A stretch of 63,716 bases of DNA, the filler included, from Asterionella formosa (Eukaryota): assembly GCA_002256025.1 (NCBI GenBank). It is 7 parts of 7 records of this genome, joined end to end, with 100 filler letters (N's around TTAATTAATTAA, not from the genome) between each part and the next. Parts side by side here need not be neighbours in the genome. Positions count along the whole stretch, not along the records: positions 1 to 19,451 come from NKIB01003672.1; positions 19,552 to 39,002 come from NKIB01003680.1; 5 more parts are not named here. One strand, 5' to 3'. Below the pieces are notes generated by a model, which had not been told where the DNA came from, ran no database searches, and saw nothing but the letters and a program-made list of their open reading frames with translations. Positions 13,110 through 23,456 of this stretch are shown piece by piece. The position numbers and the translations under genes are program-made. The stretch's first letter is position 1. Every line of letters begins with the position of its first letter.

Positions 13110-14170
13110 GAGCCTGTCACAACAAACAGAATTTCCAATTTGGAGGTCTAGACAGATATAATGCTCATTGATGGTCCAGACAGCACACTTGTAACCCGTA
13201 ATCCACTTCTGAATCATATCTGCATAATAGTTCTGCTGCTATTCTAAAGGACAGCACAAAATGAATTTCAGGAAATCATAGCAGGGGCAAGTAAAGCATG
13301 TGCCTTACCCTAAGTTTGGCAACTTTATTACTCTTTTTGGCATTCCTCAGCTCCTCAGCTTTCATTATCTCCATTAATACAGCTAAATCAAAAAATTCAT
13401 CATGCACAATTTGTGCATTAATAATGGGAAGGGCCTTTTGAACTCAGGATAATCTTCAAGCACACAATCAAAATTTTCACACAGACTAGCTGGGATGATG
13501 TGATTCCTTATCTCTGTTGTGCATGCTACTACTATGGCGACTTGATTGAACCTAATCATGTACTGGAATGCCATTTGCAACTCCATCATTTCCACACCAG
13601 ATAGCAGGAGAGAAACAAGAGCCTCTACCCTCTCATCATGTAACTTGATCTCAAAGAAAGATTTGATCATGGAATACTGGGTTAACAATCTTTTGTTCCA
13701 TTTTCTATGATAATCTAACAAGGATTGTATTGTCTTAAAGCAGCAGGGGTTTTAAAGGTACCTGCTTTCTTCATCAAAATCAAAATAATGAGATTCATAG
13801 CAGTAATTAGAAAGAAATTGGGTTGTTCCATCCCCCTTTCTTGATTGCTAGGTTATGCTTGGTGTGCAAGCCACATCAAACAAAAGAAACTCCAAGAATT
13901 CTTGCCATGACTTGATTCACTGGGACGTTTTCTCCAGTAAGGCAAGCAATGGTTTCACTATCTTCCAGTTTATGTAAGATTCTTGGTGATCTGAATGACA
14001 TGGAATGCTGCAGTCACGGTCTTAACAAATTCAGTGAATAGTGGTTGCATTGTCAATGGCGTTTCATGAGTAGCTAAGTTGGTGATGATGCCTATAAAAC
14101 GATGGCCATACTAACCTCCTGTCCATCTTTGCTGCTCCTTGATCATCCACCACCATCAATCTGTCATCCC
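13110..14170 (-). mobile_element. Highly decayed hAT-like transposase remnant
   Basis: Fragments such as YSMIKSFFEIK..LL..E...F..V...FDCVLEDYPEFK and a terminal LEILF...W resemble stramenopile hAT-type transposases. Many stops; boundaries approximate. Confidence 0.4.
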
Positions 14171-14769
14171 AAATCAGCCCTCACGGATCCAATGAATAAA
14201 AGTCCTTCATAAACCCTAGTTCCAAACTACAAAAGAGACCAAAACATAGCATTGGACTGGTCTGTGCCTATCTGCTTCAAGCGCCACTCTACAACAATCT
14301 CCGCTTCTGTTACCACTCTTAATTTTCCTTCCCTCCACCGACTCCCGCCTCTGCCTCCTGGTACATTCAGCAAGGTCCACACAGTAATGAACAAAAAAAC
14401 TGCCATCTAGCAAAGCCAGACCCGATCTCCCTACTTTTCCGGCCACCAAGGAAGGCATCTTACTCACTACTACATCCTCTGACAAAGTCTTCTCCTCCCA
14501 TCAAGTCCTCCCCAAAAACAAGCCCATAGCGCCTCCTGGAAGACCAACTCTAAATAGTAAACTACCAGGGTACTGTTCATAGAGCTTTACAGACCATCTT
14601 CACATAGTATCATCGTAAGTACAACATGCATGTATTGAGCAATGTCTAAGCATAGTAGAATCATCTAGGAATGACATTATATTGCAGCGAGTACCAGTAT
14701 ATCATGAAACTAACCCCCATAAACTGTTGATTTCAATGATAATATAAAAATTGTTCATATTTGCCGATA

Positions 14770-14922
14770 GTTCTTAGTGAACAAAAAGAATCATTTAGAT
14801 TTTATAACTGATAGAAATGATTATTGATTTGCTAGATATTTAGTAAAAGAAGGAAACACGAATTCCTGGACTAACTCATTGTGCATTTTCGGACACTTTG
14901 GTGCAAAAAGTGTAGGGGACCC
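14770..14922 (-). mobile_element. Inverted long-TIR end related to the 5489/28468 family
   Basis: Reverse complement GGGTCCCCTACACTTTTTGCACCAAAGTGTCCGAAAATGCACAATGAGTTAG...CTAAATATCTAGCAAATCAATAATCATTTCTATCA aligns with the start of 28468 over more than 100 bp. Followed by TTA. Confidence 0.7.
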
Positions 14923-15721
14923 TTACAGCTCTTTCCACTCTGGATGGCTCTAGCTTCTTCAGCCTACCATCATTTCATTTCATTCCCCTTCCAGCTAACT
15001 AATCGATACAGCGTGCTCTATTTTCACTGCATTATACTTCAATGACAGGCCTCCTTTCCCACAATATTTCTTTGCTATAGCTAACCCCTATGCTTCTTCT
15101 GTTATTTGATTACCAGCAAGCTGCCTTTCACCAGCATCCAACATGCCTCCCGCTATCAACTCATCTCGACTGCATCATTTCATTCATCGGAACATTGATT
15201 CCTTCTTAATATCTTCCTTCTTTGCATCCAAGAAATTCTTCCACCTCTCTCTTTCTCTCACCTTCTGAGACTATGCATCAAATGTCAATTCAAGTTTTCC
15301 CTAACCCTGCTTCAAATCTGATTTGTCAACTTAGTATGTTGTCAGAAAATCAGCTACTTTGCTCTCTATCAATTGCTGCTATGTCTACTTTTCTATCAAT
15401 GATGACTTTTTTCTCTCACCTTCTCCACCATCTTCTGAGTGTTGCATGGGCTCCTTGCCCAACACACCAAATATAGTTATCTTTGTGATGATGTACTACT
15501 ACTTTTTCTTCTAGTTTTGGTGTAGCTCGCTTGAGTGAGGCATTCAGGAAGTTTTGGACATTCATGCCCATAAAAATATACACCTATATATGTACTGTAC
15601 ACAGGCATCATGGTGCCTGGCAGATTGTTGCATAGAGTTGTCATCGTTCTTATATCTTAGATTTCAGGAGTCAGTCTACTGTCAATTGTATCTGTTTTTA
15701 AACTCATATACTATTCTGTAT

Positions 15722-15870
15722 TTTTATGTTTAATAGGTTTCGAATAACAATTTAATTACAGAAACAGAGTACCGGTAAATGTTCACGTCTACCGGTAGTA
15801 TGTAATAAATAAAAACGCATTTTTTCGTATACATATAAGCCGACCCCCCTTTCATAGAAAATTAGCATGT
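15722..15870 (-). repeat. Dispersed repeat homologous to 22174-22310
   Basis: Inverted alignment sharing GGGTCGGCTTA, CGAAAAAATGCGTTTTT, TAGACGTGAACAT and TTTCTGTAATTAAATT. Confidence 0.75.
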
Positions 15871-16189
15871 TCCTTGTCTACGTAATTAGTTCTTTTAGGA
15901 CGGATTAGGCACCAGTGTTGCCGGCGATTGGACGCCATTGTTTTCGTCGACTTCACAATTTTGAATAGTGCTACCGGTAGTCGTACTTATATGTATACAT
16001 TGGCAGGATATCCCCTTCTGATATATCGAATGCGGCTTTAGATATTAGTTTTCCCTCTTGATCTTTCAACACAGGAGATCAGAATGCTGCCGTCAAACCT
16101 GTCAACCTTGATTAAATATCTCGCGCTCTGAGTTCAATTTATCAAACTCACTTTTCATTACTTCGTCTATTGGTGAACGAGTTGTCAAC

Positions 16190-16921
16190 ATGTCCAAGAC
16201 AAGCGCATCGCAAAAGACCGTGATTAAGAACCTCATTCAATCCACGAAACGAGAGTTCCGTAAGGCTGCCAACCCCGAGACCGCCATGGGAATGCAAAAT
16301 TATATGAAAACAACCATGCCCTGCTACGGAATCAAAGCTCCGCAGCGCCGTGCGATTCAGACTATCGTTTCAGGGGACCTTGTCATGGATTCCCCCATTG
16401 CCTACGAAACTTGCCTCCGAGCACTATGGGCACTCCCTCATCGAGAAGAAAAGTATTTTGCCATAGACACAGCAATCCACTACAAAAATTTCATTGAACT
16501 GGAAAACTTGGGATTATACGAAGAGATGATAAGAGCAGAGTATGCGTGGTGGGACCTAGTAGATCCTATTGCTATCCATTTAGTTGGAGACGTTGCCTAC
16601 CTGCATCCCGAAACATTAGAACCAATCTTGCGCCAATGGATAAATGACGACAACATATGGATTCGTAGAACTGCCATTTTATGTCAATTGAAACACAAAA
16701 AGCGGACAAACCAAGACATGCTCTTTGAATTTTGTCGAGAACGTATGCATGAGAAGGAATTCTTTATTCAGAAGGCCATAGGCTGGGCATTGCGATCGTT
16801 TGGCAAGTTCGCACCAGAAGCTGTGATTTCCTTTTTAAGGAAAGAGAAACCGTATTTGAGAAAATTGAGTTATCGAGAAGGGTCGCGAATACTTATTAAG
16901 GAAGGCAAGATGAAAGCATAA
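16190..16921 (+). CDS. alkD: AlkD-family DNA alkylation repair glycosylase (HEAT-like repeat)
   Basis: Intact 243-aa ORF with LWALPHREEKYFA, WWDLVDPIA, WINDDNIWIRRTAILCQL and EFFIQKAIGWALR. Confidence 0.92.
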   Translation: MSKTSASQKTVIKNLIQSTKREFRKAANPETAMGMQNYMKTTMPCYGIKAPQRRAIQTIVSGDLVMDSPIAYETCLRALWALPHREEKYFAIDTAIHYKNFIELENLGLYEEMIRAEYAWWDLVDPIAIHLVGDVAYLHPETLEPILRQWINDDNIWIRRTAILCQLKHKKRTNQDMLFEFCRERMHEKEFFIQKAIGWALRSFGKFAPEAVISFLRKEKPYLRKLSYREGSRILIKEGKMKA

Positions 16922-17403
16922 GTGCACATGATGTTTGACGTCGCCAAATGGCTGTCCACGCCGATACTAAAGTGTCAGCCTACATACACCAAACGATAAA
17001 AATAAATTGTACAAAACTTGAATCCTCATCAATAATCCCATCCATCGCACATTAAAAAGAAAAAGAAAATCTGGCATCGAAAGCACATACTCTCTTTCTA
17101 AACATATCAGCACTATATGGTATCTTGTGTTGAAGTTAACTTGGCTCGCCTTGGTGACAGTCCACAATTGAAAATCTTTGTCATTGTAATTTATTTCTCA
17201 TATATTTACGAACATCTTAGATTCAGAAACCATTCATTTCCTTAGCGGGGCTCAAAAAATCCCATCATATACTGGAGATGAGTTTCACTACCAATCAATA
17301 GTATTTGAAAGCAGTTTCAACCGTCCTGCATATCCTCAGATGAAAGATAACAAACGAAAATGTTTGAATCTTATTCCCTAGTCCCGCCACTTTTCCCAAT
17401 TGA

Positions 17404-19038
17404 TCAATCACAAACACCACATGTCTCAGGACAGTTGTTATATCCTGGCTGGCCAACCTTACACTGGCTCGTCATATAAAAACGGTTCATTGTGAGCCAA
17501 TGACAATCTCGGAGAGTGCCGTTGACGGTGAACATGTTGGTACTGTCAACGCAATTATCTGTGCACTTCCCACAAGTCTCCTCGCAAATACCATATGCAT
17601 TGCTTGGATGACTTGAATTACACAAGACATTTCGATAGACTGGATTGCACTCATATCGGAGCCATGAACAATTCTGGAAGCCAACGACGTCGTCAACAAG
17701 GAAGTTAACAATGTCGGTGTCATCACAAATCACATGAGGGGAAATTGGCAAAGCAGCCCCATACCCTCCTCCTGGTCCTGGACAAGAGTTACACGACTCA
17801 GTGCAAAGGTCATACGCCGGTTGCCCTGGGACACATATCTTATCTTGCACATCAAATCTAATGCTCAGCCATGCACAGTTTTTGATTTTATTGTTGTAGA
17901 GGAATTCGCTTCGGCGATTTTCTGTGCACGAATCAAAACATTTTCTACATGTCTCTGGACAAATGTCATATGCTCCAGAAAAATGATCTGGTTTGCAATA
18001 AATAGATTGTTCCTCAATTCTCGCAGCCAACCAGATGCATTTTTGCAATCGCTTCTCTGTTGTACCAAAGACATTGACCACCACATCAACCAAAAATTGT
18101 ATAGTTTCTGAATCATCGCAAGGTAATGTAATTTTAGAAGGAGGTTGCGAAGGAGCATTGGTGGGCACGGCAGTAGGTACTTGCGAAGGAGCATTGGTGG
18201 GAATGGCAGTAGGTACTTTCGAAGGAGCATTGGTGGGCACGGCAGTAGGTACTTGCGAAGGAGCATTGGTGGGCACGGCAGTAGGTACTTGCGAAGGAGC
18301 ATTCGTCGGTACTGCTGTTGGTAGAAATGTGGGTGCTCCTGTTGGAAACATCGTTGGCGGATCTGACGGAGCAATTGTCGTATTGTCTACTGGTATACCA
18401 TTTGAAACTGAGACACTTGTCACTTCATTAATGCCTGCAGCGACGAGATTCTGAAGTAGGACCATGTTAAAATTCTGTATCTGTGCCTGCAAGAGTCGAC
18501 GGACAGCATCATTAAAAAGTTTGACTCCGTTGGAACATGACCGGCATGTCCCAGTAACTCTGTAAGTATTCACAAGAGAAAAGGAGCGAAGGCGTCGTCG
18601 TTCTCCTGGAGGAAAGAATACTTGGTCAGAGATTGTGACATTATCGAATAGGATGCCTTGATCACACGCCACAACGTCGTTGTAGGTATCTCGCAGAACT
18701 GTTTGGACGGTAGAGGTCGCATTGAGATCAAAGACACCGGTTGGGCCACCGTAGGCGACATAAAAAGTCGAAGTAAAAGGATTTGTTGTTGCTGTAACGG
18801 CCACAACCGGTGGTTTCGTCCCTCTTACTTGCTTGAAAATTTTCAGCAGATCCCGACTAAAGTCTCCGCAAAACGCGTCAGGCGGAGTAACTGAAGGGCT
18901 CGGTGTGGGCGATTTTGTTTTCCACACATCAAGCTTTTTTGGCCGCTTCGTATTTCCACTCTTGATTGGCTTGGCATCAATCGATGTAAGAGGAGCCATC
19001 AGCAGTGTAGCAAGCAGAAGTATTGTTACTGGATTCAT
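17404..19038 (-). CDS. Secreted Pro/Thr-repeat and Cys-rich protein (cell-wall or extracellular matrix candidate)
   Basis: Signal peptide MNPVTILLLATLLMAPLTSIDA (upstream in-frame ATGs up to 19068); Lys-rich stretch; RRRL and RRLL sites; PTNAPSQVPTAV repeats; four Cys modules C..W(L)..C..C(P)E(T)C..C. Confidence 0.88.
   Translation of the reverse strand: MNPVTILLLATLLMAPLTSIDAKPIKSGNTKRPKKLDVWKTKSPTPSPSVTPPDAFCGDFSRDLLKIFKQVRGTKPPVVAVTATTNPFTSTFYVAYGGPTGVFDLNATSTVQTVLRDTYNDVVACDQGILFDNVTISDQVFFPPGERRRLRSFSLVNTYRVTGTCRSCSNGVKLFNDAVRRLLQAQIQNFNMVLLQNLVAAGINEVTSVSVSNGIPVDNTTIAPSDPPTMFPTGAPTFLPTAVPTNAPSQVPTAVPTNAPSQVPTAVPTNAPSKVPTAIPTNAPSQVPTAVPTNAPSQPPSKITLPCDDSETIQFLVDVVVNVFGTTEKRLQKCIWLAARIEEQSIYCKPDHFSGAYDICPETCRKCFDSCTENRRSEFLYNNKIKNCAWLSIRFDVQDKICVPGQPAYDLCTESCNSCPGPGGGYGAALPISPHVICDDTDIVNFLVDDVVGFQNCSWLRYECNPVYRNVLCNSSHPSNAYGICEETCGKCTDNCVDSTNMFTVNGTLRDCHWLTMNRFYMTSQCKVGQPGYNNCPETCGVCD
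18146..18318 (-). repeat. 36-bp coding tandem repeat (about 4.5 units)
   Basis: Unit TGCGAAGGAGCATTGGTGGGCACGGCAGTAGGTACT on the + strand, encoding VPTAVPTNAPSQ on the - strand. Confidence 0.9.
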
Positions 19039-19300
19039 AGTGATGACAGACCTTTTCATATGAAGCATTGATTTTCAATGAGGGCGAGCAGGTTAAGTCA
19101 TGATAAGGTACGAAATATCTAAGGGTCGTTTTTCTACCATAGGACAAATTCAGTAAACATCTGGTGTCGTCTTTTTGATTCGGCACAGCCAATTCTTAAT
19201 CAAACAAGGGGCATTTATGGAAATCAAAACAGGGTAACCAGTTAAACGCATGTTCGAGATTGGTCATACATACATAGAGAATACAGGTATCAAAGGAGTA

Positions 19301-19451
19301 TACCGTATACTTCATTGTCCTGGACCCCCCCTATGGTTGCTGGACCCCCCTGTACATTTTTCTCGAGGTGGAACCAAACACCCAATAATTTTCTTGTCAT
19401 AGACAAAGTAACGTGCCATAATTCTTTTTGTCCTCGTAGGCACTAGTATGT
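19301..19451 (+). mobile_element. End of Tc1/mariner(pogo)-like element at contig edge
   Basis: TA|CCGTATACTTCATTGTCCTGGACCCCCC with an internal repeat of CTGGACCCCCC. Near-identical over ~125 bp to the reverse complement of 41715-41841. Confidence 0.8.
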
Positions 19452-19551
19452 NNNNNNNNNNNNNNNNNNNNNNNNNNNNNNNNNNNNNNNNNNNNTTAAT
19501 TAATTAANNNNNNNNNNNNNNNNNNNNNNNNNNNNNNNNNNNNNNNNNNNN
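19452..19551. other. Artificial 100-nt contig linker (also 39003-39102, 40309-40408, 41615-41714, 42920-43019, 44225-44324)
   Basis: N44-TTAATTAATTAA-N44 with stops in all six frames. Pieces measure 19451, 19451, 1206, 1206, 1205, 1205 and 19392 bp. Confidence 0.97.
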
Positions 19552-19705
19552 TAAGAAGTGGTATACCAGTATATTTCTCCGATGGTGCATGTCGTCTTCT
19601 TGCGTGAAAATCATGAAACAAAGAGGAATGTCCACGTAAACTCTGGTACCTGGTACTCCGCCTAGTAGAAAACAGATGTGGCGATTTGCCGCGACTCAAG
19701 TACCG

Positions 19706-20746
19706 GGTTCCTCATAAAAGGTGCTGAAAACACGTCATAAAGGAATCTTAGCCTATCTCTCCCCCACCTTCATCTTTTTCGATATTTCTTCTGATGTATT
19801 ATACAATATATCCATTTATTGTAATTCATATGTTACCTTGCCGGCGTTTTACTTTGAAGCAAATTCATATATTACCTTGCCGGCGTTCCATTCCACAATT
19901 TACAGCACAATACGGTACCTGTACTAGGTAGTTGTCTCAAATGCATAAAAAGTAAATGCTCGATGCTGGACCACTGCTGCATTGCTTAGTTCACCATGAT
20001 CATGGTTCATCCTCTCATTTTCCCCAATGAAGACACAAGTGATTCTCGTAATGAGGACGCTCAGCAACAGCGCCAATGACCCTCAGTCCAGCCGGGTATT
20101 TTAATGTGTCAGATCGCTTGGGTGTGGCATTTGATAGCAAAATAGACGTCAAGCATCGTGGCAGTGAGAACAAGATGATTGGAGATTTCATTGGTGATGA
20201 GCCTTCGCATAAGATCAGTGAAAAAGTACTTGAAGATACCAATAATGACAACGGCGGCGATGTTTAGATTGGTGGCACTACTGTACAACTGAAAGATCCC
20301 AATGGTACAGTTGTCATGTCAACCATGACTGACTGCAATGGTAACTTCACGTTGAATGCTTCTCCAGGCATGTACACAATTGTCAAACAGACACCTCCTG
20401 GATTCGTCAATGTTGGCAGCAGCACAATTTCTGTAAATACAAGTGCTGCAAATGTTTTGAACATTCATTTCGATGACCAACACCCCATCAATACTCCCAA
20501 GTGTGAGTGGCTGCCTCTCCAGTTACTTTTTGCTTGGATCAATTTCCAGAAGTGTCAAGGATGATACCAACAACAATGATACTAGTGAAGACACTAACTT
20601 GGTAGGTGTGACTGATACTCTATAGGGTCCAAGTGGTAATGGCCCTATTCTATATACTACTGTTACTGACTTCAATGGCGACTTTGTGTTGGTGAATTTG
20701 CCTAATGGCAATTATTTTGTTAAGAAGATCATCATATCAGCCATTT
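19706..20746 (+). repeat. Dispersed repeat carrying a pseudogenised SdrD B-like/Cna-B domain fragment, copy 1
   Basis: ISEKVLEDTNNDNGGDV*IGGTTVQLKDPNGTVVMSTMTDCNGNFTLNASPGMYTIV and a second domain ..VGVTDTL*GPSG..TTVTDFNGDFVLVNLPNGNYFV. Homologous to 54882-56063. Confidence 0.75.
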
Positions 20747-22093
20747 CTGACCAGAAAGTATGATATGTAGATCTGAAATCAATAAAGTTGATTTCTACAC
20801 CATCCTATACTACGTTTGATCAAAGCATATTGATCATATGATCAATGGTGTCATTGAAATGAGAAAATGAACTATCCAAATATATTTTAAGTTGCAGGAT
20901 AAATTGATATTTAAAGTAAGATTCAATGATGATCCTAAATGTATGGTATTCAGTTTTCCACTCCGCTGTATTAGGGTAGCACTCCCATCACACAAGAAAA
21001 TACCATGTATGCTGGTGTAGGTCCTGACTTTTTTTGTAGTTGATCTATATATATATTCAAATTAATATATGATTTTTACCATATAAAAAATAGCTGTATG
21101 ACTCTTGCTAATTGAGGGGCCTATCAGGTCGTGGAAATCAATGATATCATCATGCGTTGCATAAATTTGAATAATGTATAAGATTCACTGATGATAGTAT
21201 ACACATGATGTGCGATGTAGTAGTAAAGAGTATCTTTGAACTATGCAAATGTTTCTCTGTATATATATATATATATAAATTTCATAATTTTATAAATGTA
21301 TAGCTAGTACATGGCTGGCTAATACAGTTGCTGCATCATTTCTATACATACATCCTGTTTGCCATTCATAAATATTCTTGCTTGTATTTCTTTAGACACA
21401 GGCACTGATATTTTAGCTAGTATTGCATACATCCATCGGCGTTTATTTCCTTAGTATAGCATCTTCTACTAACAGCTAGCTGTAAATACAGGGAACATGT
21501 GCACAACATCCAACTACTAGCCAGGCTGCTTGTCCATTCAAAGAAACATTTTTCGGAGGCAATAAGACTCTATATATATTCTCATGATAATCAGGTAGTG
21601 CTTATATACAGAGTTTTTAACATCATGCGAATATTACTGGATTTTACATATATTTTGTGTATTTATAAAAGAACAGTACATGGTACATGGTAAAGTACAA
21701 GATACCAGGTACCAGGTACCAGTACCTGGTACTGGTAATTATAAAATGATAATCTGTTTTATAGCCCATTCATACTCCCCTTTTCAAGGCAAGTATTCAT
21801 TGTGCTACCTGCGAACACGACATGTGCTTCCCTGGTTTTGTTAGCATAGGTGAGTCCCCAACCACCTTTTGCAAAAGTTGATTGTCTTAGCCACAGCATT
21901 AGGGGAAACTCTGACTGCCTAGGAAGGCAGCACAAGCTGCTTGTAAGGGGGCAATCCCACCATATCTTGCACACTAAGCAAGACCTAGAGGGACAGTAAG
22001 GAGTGTGGGAGTCGAACCCAACAATAATAAATTGCCGGAATCAAACCACACAACTTCAGATCATAGGCATTGTGCTCAACCAACTACCAGGTA

Positions 22094-22899
22094 CCTCTGT
22101 CTAGTAACAGTTGCATCGATTCGCCGGCACCACCAATGTCTTTACTGTTCGCATATGAAGGATTATGTAGCCTACATACTAAATTTCTACGTGTGGGTCG
22201 GCTTACTCGAAAAAATGCGTTTTTTATGAGTTACATAGACGTGAACATATACTCGGTTTCTGTAATTAAATTTTTAGCATAAAATAAATAAATCGAAACC
22301 AATTTAACATACGTATATACATTGCATACGTATACCTATCGCCAACTGCTGTTTCACATCGGCCGGCCAGTCAAATATTTGCGGGAAACCAGATACAACA
22401 ATCCACTATCATAATTATAACATAAATAGAATAATTGTCGTTTTGTATACTTTCTACGGTTGTTTAACCTACCGGTACTTGGACCATGCCACCTGATGTT
22501 TAACGGTTACAAAACTCAAAACGAGCATACCGTCGTTTTCTTCCTTCCCACCATCGCCACTTTCGGGGTCGCACATTCCATAATTGAACGCAAGTTTCAG
22601 TTGTTCAACTGTTATGTCGTACTTTGTACGTATGTTGAGAATAGATGGTTCGAAGAAAAATGGGTCCTCATGCATCTCCATTTTGCTCGAGATAGCTACA
22701 AGTGAAAATCGAAAAATCCCAAAAACGTTTTTTTCAAATGTAGTTGCCAATTTTAGTATTATTATATATAATGTATACATGATTCTGTAGCTTAGAGCAA
22801 GCCGAACAATAGGGCAACTGAGCCGGAGAAAATCGTAGGAGTCAAAATGGCCCCGGATAAATTTGAATTATCGATGCAACTGTTACTAGACAGAGGGAG
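22094..22899. mobile_element. Stowaway-like MITE / non-autonomous mariner
   Basis: Perfect 27-bp TIR (22094-22120 vs 22870-22896). The right end reads ...ACAGAGGGAG|TA, i.e. TA|CTCCCTCTGT. The left end lacks the outer CTC. Confidence 0.8.
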
Positions 22900-23456
22900 T
22901 ACCGGGTACCTGGTACCCGGTAAGCCATTCCCTCGGGTACCCTGGTACCAGGTACCGGCATATACATCGACAACACGCTCATTTTTCCTGAACCAAAGTT
23001 CTTTCTTCATACAAAAAATCGGGTGTGACGACTCCGACCAAAAGCAATTATCGTATGTAGCAATTGTACTTTGTTCAAAATTTATTTGTCTGTTCTACAT
23101 GGAGGTAGAATTTATGGCATGCCCTTATTTTACCGTTGCTTGCTGCGCTATGTATGACCAAATTAATGCACAATGCACAACGCCACCACACAAAGCACAA
23201 ATGCCCAGAGTTATACATGTAGCTATTACGCGGTGGCATCAATGCTCTCCCTCCGCCCCTTTGTTGTCCTGTCCATATTTGATGCTGAACGGAAAGAACC
23301 AAGCGGCCCGGTCCACCTATCCCTTGCTTACTTCTTGGATTGCGTCCATTAAAATCCTGTCCACATCACTTCTCATTGGTTTTAGGGGCTCATTGAACAT
23401 CGCCGATAAAAGGTCTTGAGGTCTAGCCAGGGTCACCGTAGTTAGCGACAAAGGAA

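Noticed and set aside
18146..18318. 36-bp repeats as a CRISPR array
   Set aside because: No spacers; it is an in-frame coding repeat.
19496..19507. Recurrent TTAATTAATTAA as a biological motif
   Set aside because: It is always centred in an 88-N pad and is a six-frame stop linker.
22847..23419. 190-aa ORF upstream of the coiled-coil gene
   Set aside because: It runs through a MITE end and a footprint-like array and shows no domain; likely spurious.
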